Shown: piece after piece, positions 1 to 11,868 of the stretch | Layout: each line of letters opens with the position of its first letter | Numbering within the stretch: position 1 is the stretch's first letter | Origin: Ascidiella aspersa | Lineage: Eukaryota | Reading direction: 5' to 3' | NCBI GenBank assembly: GCA_963924565.1 | Contig: OZ004615.1 | Location: 7,316,001 to 7,380,000 of the forward strand | Length of the DNA: 64,000 bases | The notes under the pieces: generated by a model | Told to the model about the DNA's origin: nothing | What the model saw: the letters and a program-made list of their open reading frames with translations, nothing else | Database searches by the model: none | Translations under genes and position numbers: made by a program

Positions 1-549
1 TGTTAAAAGCGTAATAGCTGCGGTGACATGTAAGACTACAAACATGAAAAAATACGGAAAATGTTTTAAAACGCGGGACAACTAGCATTAAATGGCGAAA
101 CGCTGTAGAAATTTGATGTAAAAATCTATGCGCCTGCACCTGTTACAAAAATAGACAATATGTTCACTTTTATCGTTTGTCTATAATTTGAGTAATACGA
201 AAGGCCACAATTTTTGGGCACTCAAATGCCACCGAACGGCGAATAAAATGCAGCGAAAGTGGGACATTTTTATCATTACCGTATGCTTTTAGAGTTTAGT
301 TTAGAACACTACATTTAAAACAGGTGCTATACAAAAACGCCATGTTTTTTTTATAATAACAGAAAATAAATTTTCTTTTGATATAGACAAACTAGTTTTT
401 GTTATGTTGTATAAAACCTTAGCGAGCTGGTATTTGGATAAAAAAATACTTCGATGTCAAAATACAAACATGGCTTGATCCTTGGCAAGCGACAGCGCCA
501 CCTTGCGACCAGCAGTTGTCACTCTTAGAAGGACATAAAGAATTACGGA

Positions 550-680
550 TTACAAATGTTTCTCTTGCTTTTCTGATTTGAAGGCCACGTTCGTGACGCC
601 AACGTCGTCATCCGAAGCCACGAAGTTCCCGTTGACGTAATGCTCCTTGTCCGCAATTTCAAGGTGTTCCGTGCTTTCGA
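550..680 (-). CDS. SLC10A paralog A terminal coding exon
   Basis: TGTTGCAG| phase-1 acceptor; ESTEHLEIADKEHYVNGNF...VTNVAFKSEKQEKHL, TAA at 550-552. Confidence 0.82.
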
Positions 681-3600
681 CTGCAACACATTGAGAAACA
701 CAATCGTATAAAGCTCCGGTAGATCGCACCCTTAAAGCACCCGGTTTGAAGATGACGCAAACGCACTGTATAGTCACTAGTGGGCATTCGTGTTTTACAA
801 TGAATTTAGGCACAGGTTTATAGATAAGGGGCGAAATCCTAATTTTGTATTTCATTAACGACTTATTAACCTTGATTTGCAATTATCGTGTTTAGGTCAA
901 TACAAGTAGTAATTTTCCTGTAATTGTTTCTCTTCCCTTAATGATGTTTTGCATCTCTTTAAAATCAAACAAATTGAAAAAACATTTACGCTAAACACTT
1001 ACCCCGTGTCCCGGCGCCCCAGAATCGCTTGTACACTTGAAACAAAACGGCGAACAACACAACCCAAAATATCTGTGGAAACAATAAGAATGGTTTCCTA
1101 TAGTTTACTATAAGATTATAAAATCTTAACTATTGCTAATAAATTCAACCCATTCGCATGCAGTTCGTGCGAATTGCTTCCAAAAAGTAAAATAGTCCGC
1201 AGAACCTATTCCTGGTCGACGTTCTGAGCGTAGACCTAATTTAAACTGTACCAAATTATACATTAACCTTCAAAAACGGTTAAGTAAGCGAACCGGTTGT
1301 TAACAATAGGTTCAATCAAGGCAGTCGTTCTCAACCGGGGTGCCGCGGCGCTGCTCCATGACACATATCACATTATACGACACTTACCTGGCAGACCAAG
1401 TATATAATTGGGAACAAGATCATCCTTCCTATTTGCCGAAGAGTGAAGACCGCTTGTGACAGCTGGATGATGCCGGTTGCCAGCTGAGCGTTCTGGATTC
1501 CTGTCTCCAGACACACGGTCCTCCTCTGGGTGTGTCCCAGCCGCAGAGGCCTTATGAGGGACACAATCGATGAAATACCTTCGCACAAATACACACGGAT
1601 GTTGAGAAATGAGTGAAGAATTGTTCCAAGCTTTCATTAAGTGCTACCTATCTCTCAGTGGGTTTTAATATTCATTCTAACTAAAAATACCAGCCATTAT
1701 GCTTTAAAACCACACTGAGTTTTAAGTAGGATAATAGTAATTACATAAAAAGAAGGTTGGTAAAGTCATTTTAAAGGTTAATGATTCCTCTAAATAACAT
1801 AAAAAATCCTTTTGAATGGCGTTTCCCAAAGTCCGTTAGGATTCACTATTGTTGGGATGTGATAATTTTGATTTTCAGTTTTATCTGTTACACATCCATT
1901 AGTTAATTCAAGTAAAATTTTAAATCTAAACTTGAAATTGGCAAGTGGACTTTTTTGCGGTAGGCATACTTTTATCAAGTTTTGGTTACGGCACTGCACA
2001 AAATGAAGTTTTTATAAAACCCTTTTAATGTTTTAAATATACATTAAATAGTTTGAGACGTTATTGCGTAGAAACTTTTATCAACCATTCTGAGTCGAAT
2101 ATAAAATAATATTAGTTAATATGCTCGATATGTCTTGCTTTATTTTTTTTCAGCTAAAATAACCGAAAGGGCCATAGCTACGGTTATATTCTTCTCACCG
2201 TAACCCATAATCTTATTATTCTCACCGTAACCCATAATCATTCCGCATAGCGGGAAAATGGTGGCGCATGCAATTTGTGCAGGAATAATCGAGAAGTTGG
2301 AGCCGTATGTCACAATAGATATAACTGCAACTACCAGAAGTGCAATAACTCCGAAGATGGAGAAAACCTGCGACAAATAATGCAGAGTTAGCGCTAACGG
2401 TGGTTTACAGATTCTGTGCGTTAACTTGCGAATACAAAACTTCAGGGCGATTCACTATAAGGGATGGCAAACCTCTTTATTGCCTTGGACACAGGCGATA
2501 TATACTTAAATCAGTGTTTATCGATTTGTTTTAGCCAGCAACACAATAAAAATAAAACAACATTGTTTTAAAATAATTTAAAGCTTTCGCTGCAATTTCT
2601 GGCGATCTATAAAAAAAATCAGTTTCAACTCGGTCCACATTGCCAACAAGTTTACCACGAAGTCCACACCTAAGTTCATCACTAACTCCCCTATAATTTG
2701 CTTGAAAACAAAATAATAAAAATTGTTTAAAACAAGCGCCTCGTTGAATGAAGCTGTATTGCAAATATTGCAGAAAGGTTGTTGTTATTTCTCTTGTCTT
2801 AAAGCAATAACGCCGGGCGAAATTATAGTGCGCCGTAGCACACAGTTTGAGAACCACTGGTTTAGATATCCAATTGCTAGGGATTTGCCAAACACTACAT
2901 GTTACTTAATTGTACAGTTTTTCGAATTCTCACCCTTAAAACTTTGTCGGCATGTTGAGGCCACTTGTATCTGATTGCGACTCCAATTGCAATTGGGATC
3001 ACAAGTGCAGCGAGTGCGATCCCTGAATAGCAAAATATTGGCATCACCTATATATATATATATACCTTAAAAGTTTTGGCTTGATTTATTTCCTTACCAC
3101 AGGGTACAAGACAATATATGGCCTTGGTGCGATACTACTCAGATGTTTTTACTTATTTTCGTTACAATATTTGAACATAATTAAAAAGCTCCTTTTTTAA
3201 TTCGGTAAACATCTCTTCAATACCAAAAAAAATTGAGTGTTACATTCTGTTTAACACTATTTTTAGGTGTAGTGTCTACCTTTAAGGTTCTAGAAACTTA
3301 AAGGATAATTTTTATATTCTTGGACATCCGTGCGGTTTGTTTCTACTACCATATCTTGATGATTTCTTGTTTTTTTAATCCTTAACTTGACTGAAGTGAA
3401 CTGAAGTCATTGTAATTTCAAAACTTGACTCGACTTAAGTATTTTAGGTAAAATGACTTGATTTGACTTGACTTAAGTATTTTGTACAGCTTTGAGTTAT
3501 TACTTAGAGTCTTAGATGAATGATATTGAAAATAAGCACTTTAATTCAATACACAATTTAGGTAAAATTGGATTATGTATTTATTTTTGTGTAAAACAGT

Positions 3601-6083
3601 TCGCTTGATTTATTGTTGTGTTTTTGTAGTTGTTAGATAAAATAAAGCATAAGATGGAATGAGTTTATCCGTTTTTCAATTTGAAACTCTTAAATATGCT
3701 AATGGAGTGACTTGACATTTGTTGAGAATACAGAACGTGTAAAATCACCATTTCCTTTCGCTTACCTATTGTATCGAACGGAACGCGAAGTTGGAATCCA
3801 AATGTTTCTGTGTAGATAAAGAGTAGCAACGGCATCATGCCAAGACCAAGTGTGCTTGAAATGGTGGTCATTGTAACGCTATAAACAAAACATAGATCAA
3901 GTTTCGTGTTGAATGCTTTAAAGAGGCACGAATTTTACAAGCCCAAAAATCAAAATCAGAGGCAATTTGATACAACTACGACTAGCTATAAGTTTGGCCT
4001 AAAATAGGTTTCCCAATATTTAGTAAAAAAATAAATCGTGGCATTAAAGAATAGGATTTTTAACAGTGGATGCCACAGCTTTGTTACGCTTTAGGTTGTG
4101 TAGTAGACTATTACATCAGGTAATAGACAGAAACATTGCCTGTTTTGCTATGCGCGTAAGCTATATGTTAAAGTATTGTAGCGTACATACCTTATTGCTC
4201 TGCGCGTAAGCTATGTGCAATAATACATGTACAATCCTTTATTTTAACGAGGATAAAAGCTAAAACCTTTGGTATAGTTGCGTAATGGTTAAGCGTTAAG
4301 TTTCTTACTTAAGCCAAATTTGGTGCGACTGCAAGCTATAGGCTTATACTGTTAAAACAATTTTATTAGTTTATTTGTGTCCCAACTGGGGCATTAAACA
4401 GCGCCGCAGCGACATAAACTTTTAAAACTGAAATTATAGCGCTCCTGAATTGGCACTTACTGAAAATTATTTTTATCACCTTGTTGACAGTTCTAGTAAC
4501 TTCCTTATAAAACATATAAAAATGCCACTAAAACGGTTTAAACAGCTGACATAAATTTTGCAGAAGGCGGAAATAAAATTATAGTAGATTTAGCTTTTAA
4601 CTCTTTATAAGAGTTTCTAAGATTTATTACTCGTTAGCTTTCAACTATATTTAGTACAGCACTTTCATAACATAATGAAAGCGTTTATTTCAAAAGTTGA
4701 AATTTGGCAGGATAATTTTTTCAGTGAATTTTCATGATAGTAATTGATTTACCAGTGTACAATAAGTACTTTTAACAAGTACCGATTTAAACAACGAAGT
4801 CATTATTGTTGATGCATGTTTTATTCTATTATTATTTTTGTTTTAAAAAACAATTGATGAAGTTTAAAAGCCACTGATTTATTAAACTTAACCTAATGAA
4901 AGTCATTGTCCGGTTTCTTAACATGAAAAAAATATTAAAAGTGAAGCCAAAACTCAATTATATGATTTTTTCTAATAAAGTCGCTCGCAAATTCCAACAA
5001 ACACAAAACCCACCTGAGACTCATGTCTCCGTCCACCCAATAAGCTGCCACGTTGGACGCTGATCCTCCGGGACACGATCCCACTATTAGCAGTGATAAG
5101 GTCTCCACTTCGGGCATTTGGAAAATCTTGGCCAGGAGCACGGCGATTGCCGGCATGACCCCTGAAAAAAGGGTCAACGTAGCGAAATGGTCGTATTGGA
5201 AGAATTTCAATTTAGATATAAGTGCTAATAATGGAAACTGCTTATTTCATAATTGCCGACAAAAGTATAATCCCTTGTCAACTGTAGAATTCATTGAAAT
5301 GCGTCTGTGCAATTTAGCTTCTAAAAATCCAGAAAAGCGATGTACGAAAAAGTGGACTAGGGCCACTATCCGTAACCAGGTGGTGGTATTAATGTACAAC
5401 AACAAATTATATAGGCCCAACGGCCTATATAGGAGTTGCAGCCAACTTATTTTTTCCCTGAAAGGAATATTTATCTGAACACCACAGATGTTTATCCGAA
5501 AGTATCTCCACTGCCGTGGTTACAAAATCGTAATTTTTGACCAAGCAATATTTCGTTTCTAAACGGACAGCCGTTGATTTTACCAAAATATATATCGAAA
5601 AAATTCAAAAAGTTCCATACTTCCCCTATTACATAAAACGCTTATAATGTAATACAATTAATCGTTTATAACAGAAAAACGAAAATTTTATTCGCCACCA
5701 TACCGAACAACCTATATATAATAACCTCGTTGGCTTTATAGGATAAGCATATTCTCTTCAACACTATGTACCCTACACAATAAAAATACAAATCTGGTGA
5801 GAAAACTGAAAAAAATCTTTAATATCTCACCGAACTGGCAGACGAATCCTACAATTACGGCGGTTGGGCGGCGCAGGTTCTTCTTTACTTCCTTTAAGTC
5901 GACGGCGCAGCCCATGCCCACCATGATAAGGGCAAGCGTGCCTGTTATTAGCCAGCTGAGGATTGCACGGAGTGGGCTAGGTGCTGGCAGCATGGGTATC
6001 TGAGCGGTGCTGTTTGACGTGCTATTCATCATAGCTGTGCTCATCGCCGTGGAAACTGCGGCGGTCCAATCAGCGGTTGTCAT
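550..6083 (-). CDS. SLC10A2: SLC10A-family sodium/bile acid cotransporter (ASBT/SOAT-like), paralog A; 8 coding exons, 378 aa
   Basis: Exons 5831-6083, 5014-5161, 3766-3878, 2934-3022, 2226-2367, 1388-1578, 1003-1072, 550-680. All introns are GT-AG with consistent phases (1,2,1,0,1,0,1) and the sum is 1137 nt. Family motifs: MGMGC, GFVCQFGVMP, CPGGSASN..YWVDGDMSLSVTMT, LGLGMMPLLLFIY, RTVCLETGIQNAQL, FPIIY. N-terminal NST sequons are present. The symbol denotes the closest family member, not proven orthology. Confidence 0.93.
1003..1072 (-). CDS. SLC10A paralog A coding exon 7
   Basis: IFWVVLFAVLFQVYKRFWGAGTR (last TM plus basic stop-transfer); CAG|...G|GTAAG. Confidence 0.88.
1388..1578 (-). 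CDS. SLC10A paralog A coding exon 6
   Basis: RRTVCLETGIQNAQLATGII...FPIIYLVCQ; donor CAG|GTAAG. Confidence 0.92.
2192..2239 (-). repeat. 27-bp-period duplication of the exon-5 splice donor of SLC10A paralog A
   Basis: TTCTCACCGTAACCCATAATC exact at 2192 and 2219. Confidence 0.92.
2226..2367 (-). CDS. SLC10A paralog A coding exon 5
   Basis: VFSIFGVIALLVVAV...FPLCGMIMGY; CAG|...G|GTGAG; same length (142) as paralog B exon 5. Confidence 0.88.
2512..2859. mobile_element. Decayed hAT MITE
   Basis: CAGTGTTT...AGTTTGAGAACCACTG; GGCACAC-type subterminal motifs also seen at ~6210-6485, ~15054-15195 and ~24240-24304. Confidence 0.6.
2934..3022 (-). CDS. SLC10A paralog A coding exon 4
   Basis: Not in ORF track; IALAALVIPIAIGVAIRYKWPQHADKVLR; CAG|...|GTGAG. 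Confidence 0.9.
3766..3878 (-). CDS. SLC10A paralog A coding exon 3
   Basis: TTTATAG| acceptor; VTMTTISSTLGLGMMPLLLFIY...PFDTI; donor G|GTAAG. Confidence 0.92.
5014..5161 (-). CDS. SLC10A paralog A coding exon 2
   Basis: TTTTTTCAG| acceptor; GVMPAIA...CPGGSASN...DGDMSL; donor AG|GTGGG. Confidence 0.92.
5831..6083 (-). CDS. SLC10A paralog A coding exon 1
   Basis: ATG at 6083; MTTADW...GFVCQF; donor G|GTGAG. Confidence 0.9.
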
Positions 6084-6591
6084 TTTTCTTTCGGCAAATT
6101 GTTTTGAAATTTTACAAGTTTTGCTAGACAGTCGGCTATCTTAAAACAAACAAACAGTTAGTAATACCAATAACTGAGACACCAGAAACTTTATTAAATT
6201 GATTAGGGCAGTAGTTAAACTTCTTAAGCTTGCGGCACACCAAGTAAATAAAAAAGTAAATTCGCGAGTACTTTCTGCAAAACCATATAGCTTACCAATT
6301 ATCCTAATTACACAGCAAGGGAATGGAAATATTAAATACCGGAAACCTTATAGATAGTGTGCATTCAAGGCTAGCATGCTTACCTACATGCATTTTTCTA
6401 ATACGAATAATTTGTTTGTCCGAATTGCCGAAAATTTCGCGACACACTTAAGAATATGTCGGGGCACACAGTTAGAAAATCACAGGATTAGAGGTTATTC
6501 TATCGAACAGCTTTACAAACTCCCACGCTATCAGAAATATGTTCGCAGCTGAATTGGGTAATTCCCTCTCACACCAGGGACATTTTATAAC

Positions 6592-6839
6592 TGTGAATTA
6601 AACCGCAATAGTCAGTACGAAAAAGTTTATGAATGTTTCTATAGGACATTTAAACTATACTATAACTTAACCGTAAAAATATACAACAGTACGACAAAAG
6701 TCAATTTAACAATCAAGGCGATTTATACATGTGAATTAAACCTAAATAGTCAATACGAAAAAAGTTTATGAATGTTTCTAAAAGACATTTAAACTATATT
6801 ATAATTTAACCGTAAAAAATATCACAGTACGATAAAAGT
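6592..6839. repeat. Tandem duplication, ~110-bp unit, period 138
   Basis: TGTGAATTAAACC...GAAAAAGTTTATGAATGTTTCTA...ACAGTACGA.AAAAGT at 6592 and 6730. Confidence 0.9.
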
Positions 6840-6899
6840 GTTTTACACGGAGTTTTAACACGATTATAACGAATACTGCCGAAACTTTAATGTCAAAAC

Positions 6900-7260
6900 G
6901 CTTACAGTCGTTCACAAAGGCCGCTTAAACTGCCGCGAAAATTCCACTCCCGTCGCAATTTATGAAGCGTTCGCAACCAGTAAAAATGTTCGCACTTCAA
7001 TAGGAGCCACCGTTTGCTGCTGCTCGTTTAAAAGAATCGCTCGGTTGGGGTCTATTTGCGCAAAGCACGTCCAACAATGCCGCCCTGTTACTGTTTTATT
7101 GGGACTTTCATAACCGCTTTCACTGCGCCGCTAATTTTGCAGCTCAATTGCCCCAGTTTTTAAGGGTTTTAAACCGGCGGGACCGACGAGCCAATCGCTT
7201 TGCGAACAGAGAGGCCGCGCAATTAAACGACCCACGTCCGACATTTCGTTTCGGGAAATT
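6900..7260 (-). promoter_or_regulatory. Candidate promoter and 5'UTR exon of SLC10A paralog A
   Basis: GC/CpG-enriched block; minus-strand donor |GTAAGC at ~6900-6905; branch point CTAAC plus TTTTAAG| acceptor at 6140-6141, upstream of the ATG. Confidence 0.4.
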
Positions 7261-9426
7261 TTAAGGGTTCCGCTTTGGTTTATCGAAAAATATTTAGAGT
7301 TTACCACAACTGTTTTTCACTACCGTTCGTAAAGCTGTTTACGGTGCTGCGATGGCAATCGTGATTTTTTTATACTTTTTTCTCGTTCTATTGCGATTTT
7401 GAGAATGCAACTGACCGTTGCGTCATACCGTATTATATTTTCCGAAAAATGTTTTTTTCATCTGAACTTTTACCAGAAAAATGACTCTTTACGTTCCTGT
7501 TCAGGAAACCATTCTAGTTTTTTATTATAACTCAAAGTCTTTATAGTTGTCAATAATCCTCATAAATTTATTTCTAACATACGAGATACACCAAAAATTT
7601 CTCTGTGACTTTCCATTTTTAAGTTGTTAATATTTGCTTTCTGTTTTGTGTGCTGGTGTGCCAAAAGCTGCGCTTATATAAATAGTATGAAATGAACTAA
7701 AATAAGCCCAACAAATTAAAGTCGATTGACGTCAATACCACCGATAAGTACCGCTAGTACACTTAACTAACTTTGATGTAAATGTATTATATCAGTTTCT
7801 GTTTTTTTGTCAGCACATCAACAAAAACGATTGGAATCTAACAGTAGTATTTTATTGCGAGCATTACTTTCTATTTTGATAGCAGTAAGCAATCATATCA
7901 CAATTACATCCAACTTAAAAATAAGCCAATTCAAAATAAAATGGTTGAAAATGACGTTATAACCTCAAGGTATGGCTCCCATATAATTTATATCCATCGT
8001 TTATTTTTGCGATTCCGATAGATGTAGTACGTGGGTTATCCGAAGCAGGTAATAACGTGGACTGTTTGATTTTTATACGTTTTACAGTATGGCGCAACTC
8101 TGTTATATCGTTATCTGTGTTTAGTTTGGGAGTCAAAATAAATTCCAGGAAAGGCCGTGAAAGTTTATAAGCGGGACGTGCTGTCGGCATCGTTTCTATT
8201 GATTACCAAACACAAAGATAAGCTAACTGATGCAAAACTCCAAAACCTGTAAGAATTTAATTAAATATAACAACGATAATCCTCACGTTTTTTGAGTTAT
8301 TCCCCACGTTTGGAAGCGAAGTATGGTAAATGGAAATGGCCAGTTTTTGTCAACTGTCATAAATCCTTATCCTTAGCTGATTTCATCAGTACTAAACACA
8401 GCTTGACTTAATTGCGACCAAATGGTTGCAACACTCTGTACGCCTCACTCGAGCCGCACTGTATAATATTCCTAAAAACACTTTTCTGACTGTAGTCGGC
8501 AAGCAACTCATAAAATCACTAGTACTGCTATATGCGTAAATGATTTCTTCTGGCGCTTGAAAATGTATAGCTTAATCTTGACGCAATGTACTCCCTTTGC
8601 TTTTCACAAGCAATCGTCAATGTTTGTTCAACAGCAACCTCCAAATGCATTAGGACATCGGCGCATTGAAGTACCATGGTCAAGACAAACATGCTTAGCC
8701 GGCCACGTTTTGAGCTGGTATTTCATTTTGCACAAGAAAAGATTCATTACACAGGGCGAATCAATGGCTATTAGCAACGTCGCTATAATTTGTACGTGAC
8801 AACAGGTCGTGATGAAATATTAAAGACGTAAAGTGCATTATAGGAATTTTGTATTGCATTTGCGGGGATAAAAGTTCGACAAACCACAAAATTGTTGTGA
8901 CACTAAATCAGCATATTTAGGGAAAACTGATGGGAATATATGATTTGAGCACAATGCAAATGTGTATGGCTACAGAAACTGTTCAAACTATACGGAAGAA
9001 TAAGCGCTCATTCACTTTTTACGTGGGTCAGTCAGTGTAGTCCTACCAAAACGTATTTGTCTAGTGGCATTCGCGAACTTTAATAGTTTTCATAGATTTG
9101 GAAAAAAAACTATGGTTAGTTCAGCATAAGTTGGTTAGTTTTATGCGCTCTCAATGTTTCTGTTGATTAACTGAAGTTAAAATAGCATATTTATCTATAC
9201 GGACTTACAAACTGGGAAAAATACACACACGTATGTGTTCAGCAAATGTGATAAAGCCCTTCTAAAGCTGCTTTTTGACCAACGATTACGGATTACGTAT
9301 CATAAGTACACTGAAAGCCATATGAGACCCTCCGGCACTGTCTCTTCAATGCTAATAGTTACTTAAGCACTAACAGAATGTATCAAGCGTTGGCGTATGG
9401 TTGTTTCTCGACGCGCTCTTCTTTGA

Positions 9427-9491
9427 GCCTGTGTAGCTCAGTTGGCAAAGCGACGGTCCCAGTATGGCCGAGATCAAACCTCACTGCAGGC
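9427..9491 (+). mobile_element. tRNA-derived SINE head or tRNA pseudogene
   Basis: A-box TAGCTCAGTTGG, B-box-like GAGATCAAACC in a GAG/CTC stem, complementary ends GCCTG...CAGGC; only 65 nt with no proper anticodon arm. Confidence 0.65.
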
Positions 9492-10526
9492 TAGTTGTTT
9501 CTCTAGCTTGCCTTGCTTGCATCACTGATCGACAGATTCGGTGAGTCTGGAATCCCTTTTTCGGTGGACTTGCAAACTGTTGTTTAAACGTGATCGGGGC
9601 GGATCCAAGAAGGGGTGTCCCTATACTAAACTGCAGTTTTGCCTTTTTGAACTACAGGAAAACAAAACTCCGCGCAGATCTTAATTGTGTTTCGAGTAAA
9701 TGCCGTTAACCATATTAATAAAATCTTATTGGCCCAAAGGCGTATTGCGTCTTATGACATATGCCCAAACTTAAACGATATAAAGGCGCTTTTTTCTCTT
9801 TGTGCGAACTGATATCATCTTTGCATTGCTGATTTTTGTATTAAAAACAACTCCTCCCCAAGCTAGATAAACAAACTGTGTGATGCAGGGGCAGATCCAG
9901 AATTTTTGTTTGGGTGAAGGGCATGAACATTTTGTTCAGACGTGACGCCAAGAAGTACGTCATAACGACGTCACCAAGTTACATGTTAACGTGACGTCAT
10001 AAAGAAGTAGCCTTAATAACACCACACAATTAGTTTATTTTGTTAAAGTTTAGGCTTGCGGAGGCGTTACTTCCAATACAAAAGCTACACAACGGGATTC
10101 GCACAAAACTATAAAACGTCTTACGACTAATTTCATTTTACAAAGTAGGCTTATGCATGCTACTAACATATTCAGATTAATTTGCATTTACGTAGTTAAA
10201 ATATAAAAATAATTCTGTTTGGAGGAGCCATGGCCACTAAGATTATTTCTTAACACGTAACTTTGTCACATACACGAAAAAAATTCCCAATTACGCTCCC
10301 AAAATCTTAGATAAGTCCCTGTATACTTTTACTAAACGGGAAACATGATTTATAGAGATTTTCAGAAATGCAAACAAAAGCAAGGATTTATATGAGATTT
10401 ATGGGTCCTATTCTTTTTTGCTGTATGAAGAGCCAGCTGTGTTTATAGTGATTAAATAAAGTTGTAGGATTGGTAGTATTGCCATCTCACCCCTTCATGT
10501 TTTATATCCTATCCTACTGGTTACTG

Positions 10527-10886
10527 TAGGAACGTCCGATGCTTAGTATTTTATTTGATTACCCAAATTTTACACTAAAGTTATCGTAATCCGATTTGAT
10601 ACCAAATAACATAATTTCTTTTCTCAACAAGCCAAAAAGTGAACTTAAAATATTCGAAGGTAATTTAGTTCAGGTTATAAGACAAAATGTTGCTTTAGCG
10701 TTATTAAGACCAGCTATCGTCAGTTTTAACCAACTAATTTTTTAATAAATATACCTAAATGTAAACTCTCCATCGTTGGATCGCAACCCATTGCTAAAAT
10801 CCTATATTAATTTATTGTATCGTTATACTATCCAAATATCGAACGAGTGCTGATTCTACAGCTTGGCATCGGTAATCTGCAACGAA
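10527..10886. mobile_element. Decayed MITE with TAGGGATGT-type termini
   Basis: TAGGAACGTCC...GGACATCCTTA with CCGAT/ATCGG repeats; related segment at ~52130-52372. Confidence 0.55.
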
Positions 10887-11710
10887 CCGATATTATGGAC
10901 ATCCTTACTGGTTTCTGGCTATAGCTGCATTTATATTACTGTTTGCTATAAGAGATTGACATTAGCCTGGAATGACAAAATAATAATTCTAAATCAGAGG
11001 CAAGACATCTAGTCATATAAATATTTAATGATAAGGAACGTATATGTAGTCATATTATTATACACGGAACTAGTTCCTTGGGAAAAGACCAGAGAACTTT
11101 AGAACGACATACTTGGTAATTATGTACAGAGCTTTCAGCATTTATATTAAACTTAAAATGATATGTCGCTTCACTTCAGATTATCGTATGATTTGCTACT
11201 TTCCAAATCTACATCTACAAATCATTTGAGGATGTTAACTCGACCCGATAGCTAAGAAAAGTGTAAAGAAAAACATAAGCAACACTTATGAAAAGGTGAA
11301 TTACAAACGCAACCATTGCACAGCGATTTTGAAAAAATATGACACCAAACTAAAGCTAAATACGTAATTGTTTGCTGTAAATTTAATGGTTGGAGAACTT
11401 CTTCCCAAGTAGCCCGTTAAATTAAAAATAAACAACCTATTACAATTTTTAAACTCCCTGCAGTGTTTAATAAGTAAACCGGTTTACCCTGAAAACGTAA
11501 ATCTATTATATTTTTTTTATTTTGTGTTTAATATTTTAATCATTGTATAAATGTTTGGCGTTTTTACTCCAAATTGGAGCAACCGATTGTTTTTTAATTA
11601 GCGAATTGTATTGCAACGTGTTTCCACATTGTGTAGCAACAATAGAAGTGCTGTAAGTGTAACATGCTCAATTCTCATTTGTAACTTCAGCACGTAGGCA
11701 TTTCATCCAA

Positions 11711-11868
11711 TTAGAACTTTTCCTCTTGGAGGTAGCTTTCATTCTTGTAGGATGAGTAGGCCGGAGGAAAAGCAGCATCACTGTCATTATTTTTTTCTCC
11801 GCTTGCATCTTTCATTTCCTCGCCTTTAGACTTTTCTAGGTCAGTGTCGTCTCCTTTTTTGCTTTCTG
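11711..11868 (-). CDS. SLC10A paralog B terminal coding exon
   Basis: TAG|CAG (NAGNAG) acceptor; ESKKGDDTDLEK...AAFPPAYSSYKNESYLQEEKF, TAA at 11711-11713; AATAAA (minus strand) near 11516-11521. Confidence 0.85.

Noticed and set aside
4271-4330. A-box-like GGTATAGTTGCGTAATGGTTAAGCG
   Set aside because: No B box or cloverleaf follows.
5053-5478. 141-aa plus-strand ORF, and similar antisense ORFs at 16557-16823, 22368-22709, 29136-29390 and 54823-55014
   Set aside because: Antisense shadows of real minus-strand exons; no recognisable motifs.
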